Assembly (NCBI GenBank): GCA_910588005.1
Contig: CAJUQM010000001.1
Location: 6,158 to 70,157, forward strand
Source of the DNA: an uncultured Oscillibacter sp.
Lineage (GTDB): Bacteria; Bacillota; Clostridia; Oscillospirales; Oscillospiraceae
Reading direction: 5' to 3'
DNA: 64,000 bases
The notes under the pieces were generated by a model. It saw only the letters and a program-made list of their open reading frames with translations. It ran no database searches and was not told the origin of the DNA. This document shows, in pieces, positions 1 to 8,359 of the stretch. Numbering within the stretch: the stretch's first letter is position 1; each line of letters starts with the position of its first letter. Position numbers and translations under genes: made by a program.

Positions 1-342
1 GAGCTTGACGTAGGACCAGTATAGCTGCAGAGCGTCTTGATCCTGGGCATGGGTGGTCAAATAGAGTCCCAGTTCATCAACGGCAAAACTCAGCGCCATC
101 AGTTCCACCAAAGCGGTGTTTGCCAGCTTGGTTTTGGCTTGGATCGCCGCTTTGAACGGCAGGTTAAGTCCAGGAAATAAAGTACCGGTTTCTAATGCCT
201 CCATCCTGCTGTAACGCGCAGGATTGTTCTCCTGTGTGGGAATATAGGGAAACGCCAGCTGGGCGCAGCTGCCGCCAGGCAAGGTGCCTTGGCCAACGCC
301 GCAGGCGGAGTTTTCTGGTTTATTCTGTTCAGGTTTTTCCAT
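1..342 (-). CDS. spore coat protein with CotJA-like N-terminal block fused to a CotJB-like block (5' part only; gene continues past window start)
   Basis: Own minus-strand translation from ATG at 342 stays open to position 1: MEKPEQNKPENSACGVGQGTLPGGSCAQLAFPYIPTQENNPARYSRMEALETGTLFPGLNLPFKAAIQ...LVELMALSFAVDELGLYLTTHAQDQDALQLYWSYVKL. The FPYIPxQ...ALxxGTLFPxLxLPF block resembles CotJA. The ALSFAxxELxLYLxTH..D..AL block resembles CotJB (from memory). AGGAGG lies 12 nt upstream. Confidence 0.55.
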   Translation of the reverse strand, partial: MEKPEQNKPENSACGVGQGTLPGGSCAQLAFPYIPTQENNPARYSRMEALETGTLFPGLNLPFKAAIQAKTKLANTALVELMALSFAVDELGLYLTTHAQDQDALQLYWSYVKL

Positions 343-587
343 TTGTCATGGACGCCTCCTTCTCATGAAGCGCGCAAGGGAAAAGGGCCGGCCTTGATTC
401 GCGCGCGACGCCTTACTGTGGCCCGCCGGCCAATGCGGGCCACATCATGCGTTCATTCCATTGTATGCCGGAATCCGGCATTTGGAAAGCAGGCAAAATT
501 TTGGTTTGCCTTCTGGAGAGCAAACAGGTATAATAGTGCATAAGGGATAAGCTATTGAACATAGCCTCCATACGGAGGTGCTTTCCC

Positions 588-1319
588 ATGATTATTTTGA
601 TTCGAAAACGGATTATTTTGCTGTCTGCGCTGTTTTGCTGCTTCCTTGTGGGGCTAGCCGCTATTTTTTGGTATGGACATACACCGGTGTCTCCGGTTTT
701 TGCTCCGCAGGACGGCGTGCCGGTAACGGTGGTGGTAGATGCCGGACATGGTGGGGAGGATGGCGGCGCCACGTCGCCAAACGGCGTGGAAGAGAGCCGG
801 CTCAATCTGGAAATCGCTTTGCGTGTGAATGACCTGCTGCGCTTTGCGGGACAGAGAACTCTGTTGACACGCAGTGAGGATATCACGATTTCCGATCCTG
901 ATTTGGCCACCGTCCGCCAGCGGAAAGTCTCAGATCTAAAAAACCGGGTAGCGCTGGTGAACGGCACGGAGAACGCCATACTGCTGAGTATACACCAAAA
1001 CAGTTTGCCCTCTTCCACCGTAACCCACGGCGCCCAGGTGTTTTGGAACCGGCAAGAGGGCGCGGAGGTATTGGCGGAAATGATCCAGGATTCGTTGAAC
1101 ACATGTATCAATCTCGGAAACGAGAAACATCCCAAACCGATTCCAGCTACTATCTATTTGATGAAAAACATCTCAGCACCAGGCATTATTGTAGAGTGCG
1201 GTTTTCTCTCCAATGCGGATGAGACCATTCGGCTACAAGAACCGGCCTACCAATTAAAACTGGCCGCCGCTGTCGTCGGAGGATACCTGCGCTGCGCTGC
1301 GGGAGAGGAAATGCCATGA
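588..1319 (+). CDS. cwlD: N-acetylmuramoyl-L-alanine amidase, germination-specific CwlD type
   Basis: ORF 555..1319. N-terminal TM segment, then VVVDAGHGGEDGGA, LLSIHQNS and VECGFLSN amidase_3 motifs. Start moved to ATG 588, which has GGAGGTG 7 nt upstream. Stop overlaps the radA ATG (ATGA). Confidence 0.8.
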   Translation: MIILIRKRIILLSALFCCFLVGLAAIFWYGHTPVSPVFAPQDGVPVTVVVDAGHGGEDGGATSPNGVEESRLNLEIALRVNDLLRFAGQRTLLTRSEDITISDPDLATVRQRKVSDLKNRVALVNGTENAILLSIHQNSLPSSTVTHGAQVFWNRQEGAEVLAEMIQDSLNTCINLGNEKHPKPIPATIYLMKNISAPGIIVECGFLSNADETIRLQEPAYQLKLAAAVVGGYLRCAAGEEMP

Positions 1320-2695
1320 AGCAGAAAAATACGTTTTATTGCACAGAGTGCGGTAATGAGACAGCGAAGTGGGCGGGAAAGTGCCCCGCCTGCGGTGCCT
1401 GGAACACGATTGTAGAACAACCGGCGGGATCCCGCATGGCGATAAAAAGCGCAAAGACGGTTCGCCCCACATTGTCTGAACACCGCGCCTGTCCAGTAAC
1501 GGAATTAAGTACCGGCGAAGAGATTCGCTTTCCCACCGGCATGGGTGAGCTGGACCGGGTATTGGGTGGAGGCGCTGTAAAGGGTTCTTTGGTATTAGTC
1601 GGCGGCGCGCCCGGTATTGGAAAATCTACACTCATGTTGCAGATATGCAGCAAATTGAGCGAAACATGTAAAATATTGTATATTTCCGGTGAAGAGTCTG
1701 AACACCAGTTAAAGCTTCGCGCCAAACGGCTGCAAGTGGAGAGTAAAAATCTCTATGTGATTTCAGAAACCAGCTTGGGCGGCGTGCTGGAATCGGTCGC
1801 TCTGGAGCAACCGGATATTTTAATTGTAGACTCTATTCAAACGCTTTACAGCGAATCTATAGATTCTCCAGCGGGCAGCGTCAGCCAGGTAAAAGACTGT
1901 ACTATGGCCCTGATGCAGCTGGCAAAAGGGCAGGGGGGACTTACCGCCTTTGTAATCGGCCATGTAAATAAAGAGGGATCTATTGCGGGACCTAAAGTTC
2001 TGGAACACATGGTGGACTGTGTATTGTATTTCGAGGGTGACCAGCACACCTCTTACCGGATCCTGCGGGCAGCGAAAAACCGTTTTGGCGCTACGAATGA
2101 GATTGGCGTGTTTGAGATGCGGGACGAGGGGTTGACAGAGGTGGAAAACCCCTCTGAGATGCTGCTGTCCGGCCGTCCGGAGGATGCTCCAGGCACCTGT
2201 GTTACCTGTGTTATGGAGGGAATGCGCCCAGTATTGGCAGAGATTCAGGCTCTGGTAGTAACTTCCTCCGGAGGAAGTCCCCGCCGTACCAGTAACGGCT
2301 TTGATTACAATCGGACAGCCATGCTATTGGCTGTTTTGGAAAAACGGGGCGGGTTGAAAGTGTCTGCGTGTGACGCATATCTCAATATTATCGGCGGTCT
2401 GTGGCTGGACGAGCCTGCCGCTGATCTGGCGGCCGTGCTGGCACTGGCCTCCAGTTATTTGGACAGGCCCATCCCCAACGGCCTAGTGGCTATCGGGGAG
2501 GTGGGACTGACCGGGGAACTGCGGACCGTCAACCAGTTGGCCCAGCGGATCTCAGAGGTTCGGCGGCTGGGATTTCGAAAATGTGTCATTCCGGCTCACC
2601 GAGCGGCAAATCTGGGAACTTTCCCTGGTCTGAATTTACTGCCGGCTCGAAATATCGGTGAGGCGATCCGAGCCGCCTTGCGTCCGCTGGAATAA
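1316..2695 (+). CDS. radA: DNA repair protein RadA/Sms
   Basis: 459 aa. N-terminal zinc ribbon CTECGNETAKWAGKCPACGAWNT, Walker A GGAPGIGKST, KNRFG motif and a Lon-like C-terminal domain. Confidence 0.95.
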   Translation: MKQKNTFYCTECGNETAKWAGKCPACGAWNTIVEQPAGSRMAIKSAKTVRPTLSEHRACPVTELSTGEEIRFPTGMGELDRVLGGGAVKGSLVLVGGAPGIGKSTLMLQICSKLSETCKILYISGEESEHQLKLRAKRLQVESKNLYVISETSLGGVLESVALEQPDILIVDSIQTLYSESIDSPAGSVSQVKDCTMALMQLAKGQGGLTAFVIGHVNKEGSIAGPKVLEHMVDCVLYFEGDQHTSYRILRAAKNRFGATNEIGVFEMRDEGLTEVENPSEMLLSGRPEDAPGTCVTCVMEGMRPVLAEIQALVVTSSGGSPRRTSNGFDYNRTAMLLAVLEKRGGLKVSACDAYLNIIGGLWLDEPAADLAAVLALASSYLDRPIPNGLVAIGEVGLTGELRTVNQLAQRISEVRRLGFRKCVIPAHRAANLGTFPGLNLLPARNIGEAIRAALRPLE

Positions 2696-2816
2696 AATGA
2701 ACGCAGGCGCCGCCCAAGGCAGGTACTCCGGCAGCAGCTGCGCTGTCCAGGGTGCATACACCGTCAGACTGATAGATACATGCGCTGGTACAGGGGATCA
2801 GACTCATGACAATCAT
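2586..2816 (-). CDS. small cysteine-rich protein (hypothetical); its 3' third overlaps the radA 3' end on the opposite strand
   Basis: ORF-track 76 aa: MIVMSLIPCTSACIYQSDGVCTLDSAAAAGVPALGGACVHF... The CxxxCIYQxDGxCxL...CxxF pattern resembles a family of about 40-aa clostridial miniproteins recalled from memory. Only a weak RBS, and no stop until 110 nt inside radA. Confidence 0.3.
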   Translation of the reverse strand: MIVMSLIPCTSACIYQSDGVCTLDSAAAAGVPALGGACVHFIPADARRLGSPHRYFEPAVNSDQGKFPDLPLGEPE

Positions 2817-2933
2817 CCGTTCTTTGTAGATTTATTTTAGCTTGACCCGCAAAAAAGGATTTCATGCAGAGAGGGGAGCCAGATCTGAGATTATCGCCGG
2901 TTTTTTATTTGGAGCAGCGTGCGAAAGGAGGAG

Positions 2934-3035
2934 ATGAAATTGATTTCAAACTTTGAATTGATTATGTTTTGTTCTCTGATTGCGATTGGTGCAGGGGTAA
3001 TTGCAGCAATATTTAATGATAAGAAAAAGAAATAG
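2934..3035 (+). CDS. 33-aa hydrophobic peptide with lysine tail (candidate membrane microprotein / type I toxin-like)
   Basis: Own translation: MKLISNFELIMFCSLIAIGAGVIAAIFNDKKKK*. GAAAGGAGGAG lies immediately upstream. Sits in an AT-rich spacer between radA and the tRNA. Too short for the ORF track. Confidence 0.3.
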   Translation: MKLISNFELIMFCSLIAIGAGVIAAIFNDKKKK

Positions 3036-3239
3036 ACATATCCCAATTCGGCCTTGTGTTCCTGGTGTATACGCCAACAAATCATGGTAAAAGGAAAGGA
3101 GTTGCGGTGTCAGAATACGGAAGAAAGCTAATGTATGAAATTATGATGATATATAATGGAGACAAAAAGCGATATTCCCAGATTGTACTCCAACAACGTT
3201 TTTCCTAAAAGAGACATTTAAGTCATTTAAATTGATAGA

Positions 3240-3268
3240 TTGACAGCGTTTTGATATGGTGGTAAAAT
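3240..3268 (+). promoter_or_regulatory. sigma-A-type promoter for tRNA-Arg
   Basis: TTGACA (3240-3245), 17-nt spacer, TAAAAT (3263-3268), about 20 nt upstream of the tRNA 5' end. Confidence 0.5.
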
Positions 3269-3287
3269 AAAAAAAGTCTGTTGATAT

Positions 3288-3364
3288 GCGTCCGTAGCTC
3301 AGCAGGATAGAGCGTCCGCCTCCTAAGCGGAAGGCCAGCGGTTCGAATCCGCTCGGGCGTACCA
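3288..3364 (+). tRNA. tRNA-Arg (anticodon CCU)
   Basis: Hand-folded cloverleaf. Acceptor GCGTCCG/CGGGCGT, D arm GCTC-AGCAGGATA-GAGC, anticodon stem TCCGC/GCGGA with loop CTCCTAA, T arm AGCGG-TTCGAAT-CCGCT, encoded CCA. Confidence 0.93.
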
Positions 3365-3367
3365 GCT

Positions 3368-3441
3368 CAGAAATTTTCTGTCTGACACGAATCCCGCCTA
3401 TGGCGAGGCTTTCGGGCTGGGCAGAAAATTTCTTCGTTTTT
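3368..3441 (+). terminator. long-stem hairpin plus T-run after the tRNA
   Basis: CAGAAATTTTCTG (3368-3380) pairs with CAGAAAATTTCT (3422-3433), followed by TCGTTTTT. Confidence 0.55.
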
Positions 3442-3550
3442 GTCTTTGATTCACGCCATGGAACTTTGGAAAACGGAGAATGAAAAATAGAAGTGTTCCG
3501 CTAAACTCTGTAAAACCCAGGAAGGGAGGAATTTGCGGGTATCGTTGCAA

Positions 3551-3576
3551 TTGAACAAAATAAAAATTTTGTTCAA
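3551..3576. repeat. perfect 11-bp inverted repeat upstream of the recombinase gene
   Basis: TTGAACAAAAT-aaaa-ATTTTGTTCAA, about 50 bp upstream of ATG 3629. Possible operator or recombinase-binding site. Confidence 0.6.
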
Positions 3577-3628
3577 TTCAGGGTGGTAAAAACTACTATC
3601 TTGCACCCAATACCCACAAAAGAACAAC

Positions 3629-4645
3629 ATGACCGACTACCGCACAGAAGCTCCACAGATTCTGCGGGATTTTCTCTCTTATCATGAAAATGTCAAAGCC
3701 CACTCAAAGCGTACGGTTGATGAGTATTTTCTGGACCTGCGGAATTTCTTTCGCTACATAAAACAGATTCGCAATCCAGCCTTGGCGGAGAAATCTCTGG
3801 ATGAGATCGATATTATAGATGTTGATCTGGATCTGATTTCCGGCGTTACTTTGACGGATATTTACGGCTATATGACCTATCTCAGCCGTGAGCGTGCCCA
3901 GCATCCAAACAGCCGCCACTCGGACTACGGTCTCAACGCTGCGTCCCGTGCCAGAAAAATTGCCACTATCCGGTCCTTTTATAACTACCTTACGAATAAA
4001 GCGCACTTACTTCGTGAAAATCCTGTCAAAGATATGGATTCACCCAAATTGAGAAAATCTCTGCCAAAATATCTGACATTGGATGAAAGCCTCAATCTTC
4101 TATCCTCAATCGACGGAAAAAATCAGGAGCGGGACTATTGTATCTTAACGCTTTTTCTCAACTGCGGCCTGCGGATTTCAGAGCTAGTTGGCCTCAATCT
4201 CAATGACATTCAGGCCGATGCCCTGCGGGTTCTCGGTAAAGGCAACAAAGTCCGGATCATCTATTTGAACGACGCCTGTCAGGATGCCATTGCCCGCTAT
4301 CTGGCCGTACGGCGGAATATTACCGGTCGGCACGCTAACGCCTTGTTCTTATCCACGCAAAATGAACGGATCAGTCGTTCTACTGTTCACGCCATGGTAA
4401 AAAAGCGTTTGGCTGCGGCTGGATTGGATAGTACGCAATATTCCTCTCACAAGTTGCGGCATACTGCCGCTACCCTAATGCTCCAAAACGGCGTAGATGT
4501 GCGAGCGGTTCAGGAGGTTCTAGGTCACGACCATCTGAATACCACTCAAATTTATACCCATATTGACAACGAAGCTCTGCGTATTGCCGCAAAGGCAAAT
4601 CCCTTGTCACATGTAAAAAAGCCAAAACGTTCAACAGATATATAA
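3629..4645 (+). CDS. tyrosine-type site-specific recombinase/integrase (XerC/XerD family)
   Basis: 338 aa. SAM-like N-terminal domain. C-terminal catalytic region with GLRISEL, HKLRHTAATLMLQNGVDVRAVQEVLGHDHLNTTQIYTH (R..HxxR..Y signature). More AT-rich than the neighbouring genes. Confidence 0.9.
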   Translation: MTDYRTEAPQILRDFLSYHENVKAHSKRTVDEYFLDLRNFFRYIKQIRNPALAEKSLDEIDIIDVDLDLISGVTLTDIYGYMTYLSRERAQHPNSRHSDYGLNAASRARKIATIRSFYNYLTNKAHLLRENPVKDMDSPKLRKSLPKYLTLDESLNLLSSIDGKNQERDYCILTLFLNCGLRISELVGLNLNDIQADALRVLGKGNKVRIIYLNDACQDAIARYLAVRRNITGRHANALFLSTQNERISRSTVHAMVKKRLAAAGLDSTQYSSHKLRHTAATLMLQNGVDVRAVQEVLGHDHLNTTQIYTHIDNEALRIAAKANPLSHVKKPKRSTDI

Positions 4646-4680
4646 AAAAGTCACCCGCCCATTTGAGACGGGTGACTTTT
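4646..4680. terminator. bidirectional rho-independent terminator
   Basis: AAAAGTCACCCG (4646-4657) pairs with CGGGTGACTTTT (4669-4680), between two convergent genes. Confidence 0.7.
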
Positions 4681-4690
4681 CCTTTTCCGG

Positions 4691-6334
4691 CTAACTCACC
4701 AGCAGATTCATCCAATTGAAACTGGCACGGGTAGGTATGATTCCCAGACGCCAGATCGACACATCCGTAATACCCAGCAATTTGGCAGCGTTCAGCTTCA
4801 CCTGAATGCTGCTGCTGTCATCATACCAAGTAAAATAACGCTCTCCGCCCTCTACAGTGTAGATTGCGTAACTGGTCTGATAGCTGTCTGACCAGCCGCG
4901 GATAGTATCCGGCTGTTCCAACCGTTTGTACAGCGTCTCATTGGATGGATAGACCGGTTTTCCTGAGACCAGCCGTTCGTTTTCGTCGATCTGCCAAGCG
5001 ATATTTTTGCAGCTGAATCCCAATGCGATATTCTGGGGATTTGGAACAGCGGAAACGACCGCCGCCAGGGACATAAACACCTGATCAATAGGCGCCGGGG
5101 CAATGTTTTTATAGTATTCCGTCCCCTCAAAACCAGAGAGATCCCTGGCATCATAGTCATAGGCCATCAAAATCACATGATCCGCCAGTCTGGCAATGGC
5201 GCTGTAATCATACCCGTCATAATAGGGACCGGAGGATAAAACCGGGGAAACACAGACGTACAGCGTCTTCCCCATACTGTGAACCTTCTGACTCAATTCC
5301 ATCAAAAAAGCAGTAAAATCATTCCTGGAGACCGATCTCAGTCCTTCAAAGTCCACCGTGACACCGCCATAGGGATTTTTTCCTGTCTCTCGATAGGAAA
5401 CCGTCAACTCACGAATGATCTCGTTTACCGCCTGAGTCCGCCCCTCCGGACTGGCTAATAAATCCCGAAGTCCTCCGCCGTCCATGTAGACATTGAGGTG
5501 CAGCCGTTTTCTGCCGTCCTCAAGATAAGCAGAGATCTCCTGATATCCGGTTGGAATATAGTACTCATTGCCGTTGACTCCCGTTGTCGAGAGTCTGGCG
5601 TGTTTCCCATCCCAGGTCATCCGGCTCCATCCCACACTTACCGCGTCCATGTAGTCAGTAAGAGATATCTGATTGTAGGAGGAAATCGCATAAAAGCCGT
5701 GAACCCAGTCTGTTTTTTTCTGGAGCTTCTCATAGATCCGCACCAGCATCGCCGCCGCCTGTGCGCGGGTTGCGCTATTATCCGGAGAGAAGGTACTGGC
5801 GGACGTACCGTTGGTCATGCCAATGGCATAGGCCACAGAGATATAGCCTTTACGGATCGTCACATCCGTAAACGGCAGGCTGCCTCTCTTCTCGGCCAAA
5901 ACGGCGGCGCTTTTCAGCCCCAGTGCCCGTACCAGCATCTCGGCCATTTCACCCCGTGTTATCCGGGCATTGGGCCGAAAGGGAATATTAGTCTCTATCA
6001 CATCATTTTTTACGGCGTAATTGATGGCGCTCTGATAAGTGCCGGGGAGACCGGCTGGTAATTCCATGGCCGGGGTGACGGCATTTTCCGTTGGAGAGGC
6101 AGGCCAGTTCATCATTCGGCTCAACACAGTCACAAACTGTGCGCGCGTTATCGGATCTCCATAGCCAAATCTGGCAGCGCTGTAACCGTTCATCAATCCA
6201 TATTGCAGGGCTTTTTCCACTTCTACTGAAAGAGTGCCTCCGGCAGGAAGATCAATATAGGCCGCCCCTGCCGCAGGTACGGCCAAAACAACGGTTAACG
6301 ACGCCGTCAGCAACCATGAAATTACGCGTTTCAT
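4691..6334 (-). CDS. SLH-domain cell-wall-anchored glycoside hydrolase family 18 (YaaH/YdhD-like spore peptidoglycan hydrolase catalytic domain)
   Basis: 547 aa. Signal peptide MKRVISWLLTASLTVVLAVPAAGA, three SLH-like repeats (TRAQFVTVL, TRGEMAEMLVRAL, TRAQAAAMLVRI) and a GH18 core with GGVTVDFEGL. Confidence 0.8.
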   Translation of the reverse strand: MKRVISWLLTASLTVVLAVPAAGAAYIDLPAGGTLSVEVEKALQYGLMNGYSAARFGYGDPITRAQFVTVLSRMMNWPASPTENAVTPAMELPAGLPGTYQSAINYAVKNDVIETNIPFRPNARITRGEMAEMLVRALGLKSAAVLAEKRGSLPFTDVTIRKGYISVAYAIGMTNGTSASTFSPDNSATRAQAAAMLVRIYEKLQKKTDWVHGFYAISSYNQISLTDYMDAVSVGWSRMTWDGKHARLSTTGVNGNEYYIPTGYQEISAYLEDGRKRLHLNVYMDGGGLRDLLASPEGRTQAVNEIIRELTVSYRETGKNPYGGVTVDFEGLRSVSRNDFTAFLMELSQKVHSMGKTLYVCVSPVLSSGPYYDGYDYSAIARLADHVILMAYDYDARDLSGFEGTEYYKNIAPAPIDQVFMSLAAVVSAVPNPQNIALGFSCKNIAWQIDENERLVSGKPVYPSNETLYKRLEQPDTIRGWSDSYQTSYAIYTVEGGERYFTWYDDSSSIQVKLNAAKLLGITDVSIWRLGIIPTRASFNWMNLLVS

Positions 6335-6464
6335 AGGGCACCCTTTCTTTCTCTCATGTCTCTTCTACTTCCTGACGCTTTTGAAAAACATTATAAAGCA
6401 GTATAGCATAAAAAATTGCGTGATAGGTGAATTTTCTTTAAAAAATTCCCCAAAATTCAAGTCC

Positions 6465-6968
6465 CTATGGCCACATAATCCCAGTAATGTGCAAAAAACG
6501 GATATTTTGATATTCGTAAGTTGCCAGCGGACGGTTATCGGCATCATAACTGTGGGCGGCAATGAGAATATTCTTGGGATCCGGGTGTTCTCCCACAGAT
6601 ACCACAATTGGTGAATGCTGAAAAGATTCTCCCTTAAAGGACAGCTGAATCAAGTCTCCAGGCCGCAGATCTTCTATAGCGCAGGCCTCTCCAACCGGTC
6701 CAATGGACGGCCCCTGGCGGGTCAAAAAATCGTAAAGGTATGGAACGCCTGTCCAGGCCGGCGCTTTCTGATTGGCATCAATGTAGTACCAACCGACGTT
6801 CGGCGTAAAATTCATGACGCCGCTTCCCGCATAGATACATTGTGAGGCAAAGTTGGTACAGTCTCCGCCTAAATTCTCGTAATCGTAGAAACGAGGATTC
6901 CGTCCATAGGCCCATTTATGGGCATATAGGACTGCGGCAGCACGGTTATAATTCTCAAAAAAACGCAT
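6465..6968 (-). CDS. putative amidase-domain protein (PF12671-like)
   Basis: YAHKWAYGRNPRFYDYENLGGDCTNFASQCIYAGSG motif. Start trimmed to ATG 6968, which has GGGAGGGAG upstream. Confidence 0.7.
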   Translation of the reverse strand: MRFFENYNRAAAVLYAHKWAYGRNPRFYDYENLGGDCTNFASQCIYAGSGVMNFTPNVGWYYIDANQKAPAWTGVPYLYDFLTRQGPSIGPVGEACAIEDLRPGDLIQLSFKGESFQHSPIVVSVGEHPDPKNILIAAHSYDADNRPLATYEYQNIRFLHITGIMWP

Positions 6969-7095
6969 GGTCTCCCTCCCTTTTCCCTCCATCCTATGCA
7001 GCGGATGGAAACAAAGCCACAGCTTTCAAGTAAAGCGCCGCAGTGCCGGACTGTAAGGGATGAAAGATATTGGGAGTTAGAGCAGAACATTGTAA

Positions 7096-7125
7096 AAACC
7101 GGAGGCGCTTCTGCGCCTCCGGTTT
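7096..7125 (-). terminator. rho-independent terminator of fba
   Basis: AAACCGGAGGCGC-ttct-GCGCCTCCGGTTT, with a T-run on the minus strand. Confidence 0.7.
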
Positions 7126-7138
7126 GACGGAGAATTTT

Positions 7139-8116
7139 TTAGAACGCTTTACCATCGCAGCCCAGAACGTGGATCAGCTTGTGCTTAACCAGTTCCTTGA
7201 TGTTGGCACGGGCGGGTTTAAGATACTCACGGGGATCAAACTTGTCAGGATGCTCGTTGAAGAACTGGCGGATTGTTCCGGTCATGGCCAAGCGCAGATC
7301 AGAGTCGATATTGATCTTGCAGACAGACATGCTGGCGGCCTTACGCAGCTGCTCTTCAGGGATTCCCACAGCATCAGGCATCTTGCCGCCATTGCCGTTG
7401 ATCATCTTTACGAACTCCTGAGGAACGGAGGATGAACCGTGGAGCACAATGGGGAATCCGGGCAAACGCTTGGAGACCTCTTCCAGCACATCAAAGCGCA
7501 GCGGAGGAGGAACCAGCTCGCCCTTTTCATTGCGGGTGCACTGAGCAGCGGTGAACTTATAAGCGCCATGGCTGGTGCCGATGGCAATGGCCAGGGAGTC
7601 GCAGCCAGTTTTGGTGACAAACTCCTCCACTTCCTCGGGGCGGGTATAAGAGGAATCCTCAGCAGAGACCTGCACCTCATCCTCCACGCCGGCTAGAGTA
7701 CCCAGCTCGGCCTCAACGACAACGCCATGGTCATGCGCATATTCTACGACCTTCTTGGTCAGCTCAATGTTCTCGGCAAAGGGCTTGGAGCTGGCGTCGA
7801 TCATAACAGAGGTAAAACCGCCGTCGATACAGCTTTTGCACAGCTCAAAACTGTCGCCATGGTCCAAGTGCAGGCAGATGGGCAAGCCGGTTTCAATGAT
7901 GGCGGCTTCTACCAGCTTCATCAGGTAGGTATGGTTGGCATAGGCCCGGGCACCCTTGGAAACCTGCAGGATCAGAGGGGCGCTGACCTCTTTGGCGGCC
8001 TCGGTAATCCCCTGGACGATCTCCATGTTGTTGACATTGAAGGCTCCGATGGCGTAACCGCCGCTATAGGCCTTTTTGAACATCTCTGTAGTGGTTACCG
8101 GCTTCGTATAGGTCAT
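7139..8116 (-). CDS. fba: class II fructose-1,6-bisphosphate aldolase
   Basis: ORF 7139..8125. GAFNVNNMEIVQG, LHLDHG and GTSHGAYKF motifs. ATG 8116 has a GGAG at proper spacing, whereas ATG 8125 abuts it. Confidence 0.9.
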   Translation of the reverse strand: MTYTKPVTTTEMFKKAYSGGYAIGAFNVNNMEIVQGITEAAKEVSAPLILQVSKGARAYANHTYLMKLVEAAIIETGLPICLHLDHGDSFELCKSCIDGGFTSVMIDASSKPFAENIELTKKVVEYAHDHGVVVEAELGTLAGVEDEVQVSAEDSSYTRPEEVEEFVTKTGCDSLAIAIGTSHGAYKFTAAQCTRNEKGELVPPPLRFDVLEEVSKRLPGFPIVLHGSSSVPQEFVKMINGNGGKMPDAVGIPEEQLRKAASMSVCKINIDSDLRLAMTGTIRQFFNEHPDKFDPREYLKPARANIKELVKHKLIHVLGCDGKAF

Positions 8117-8359
8117 AACAATCATCTCCTCATTTTATTGCTCCCACCTTTTCTCACCCTGTTTCCCCAAAGTGAAGAAACTCCCTTCAAAGTGAAAAAT
8201 CCAGTGTTTAAAAAGGCGAAAACGTTTTTCTTCCTAGATAATATCACAAAAAAATTAAAATGCAAGTATTTACAATTCTTTTTTTCAATGATATGATAAC
8301 AGCACCATCTATTTTTTTCCATCACAATCAACAAGATAAATTTTTAGGAGGTTTTTCCC

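Noticed and set aside
289-1135. ORFs 289..543 (+) and 413..1135 (-).
   Set aside because: The first overlaps the CotJ-like gene start and the spacer. The second is antisense to cwlD. Neither has an RBS or recognisable motifs.
3288-4645. tRNA-Arg plus an adjacent integrase, considered as the edge of a prophage, ICE or genomic island.
   Set aside because: The recombinase is followed immediately by a terminator and convergent housekeeping-type wall-hydrolase genes. There are no phage, conjugation or cargo genes, and I could not find a repeat of the tRNA 3' end by eye. It is kept only as a remnant-hotspot hypothesis in the findings.
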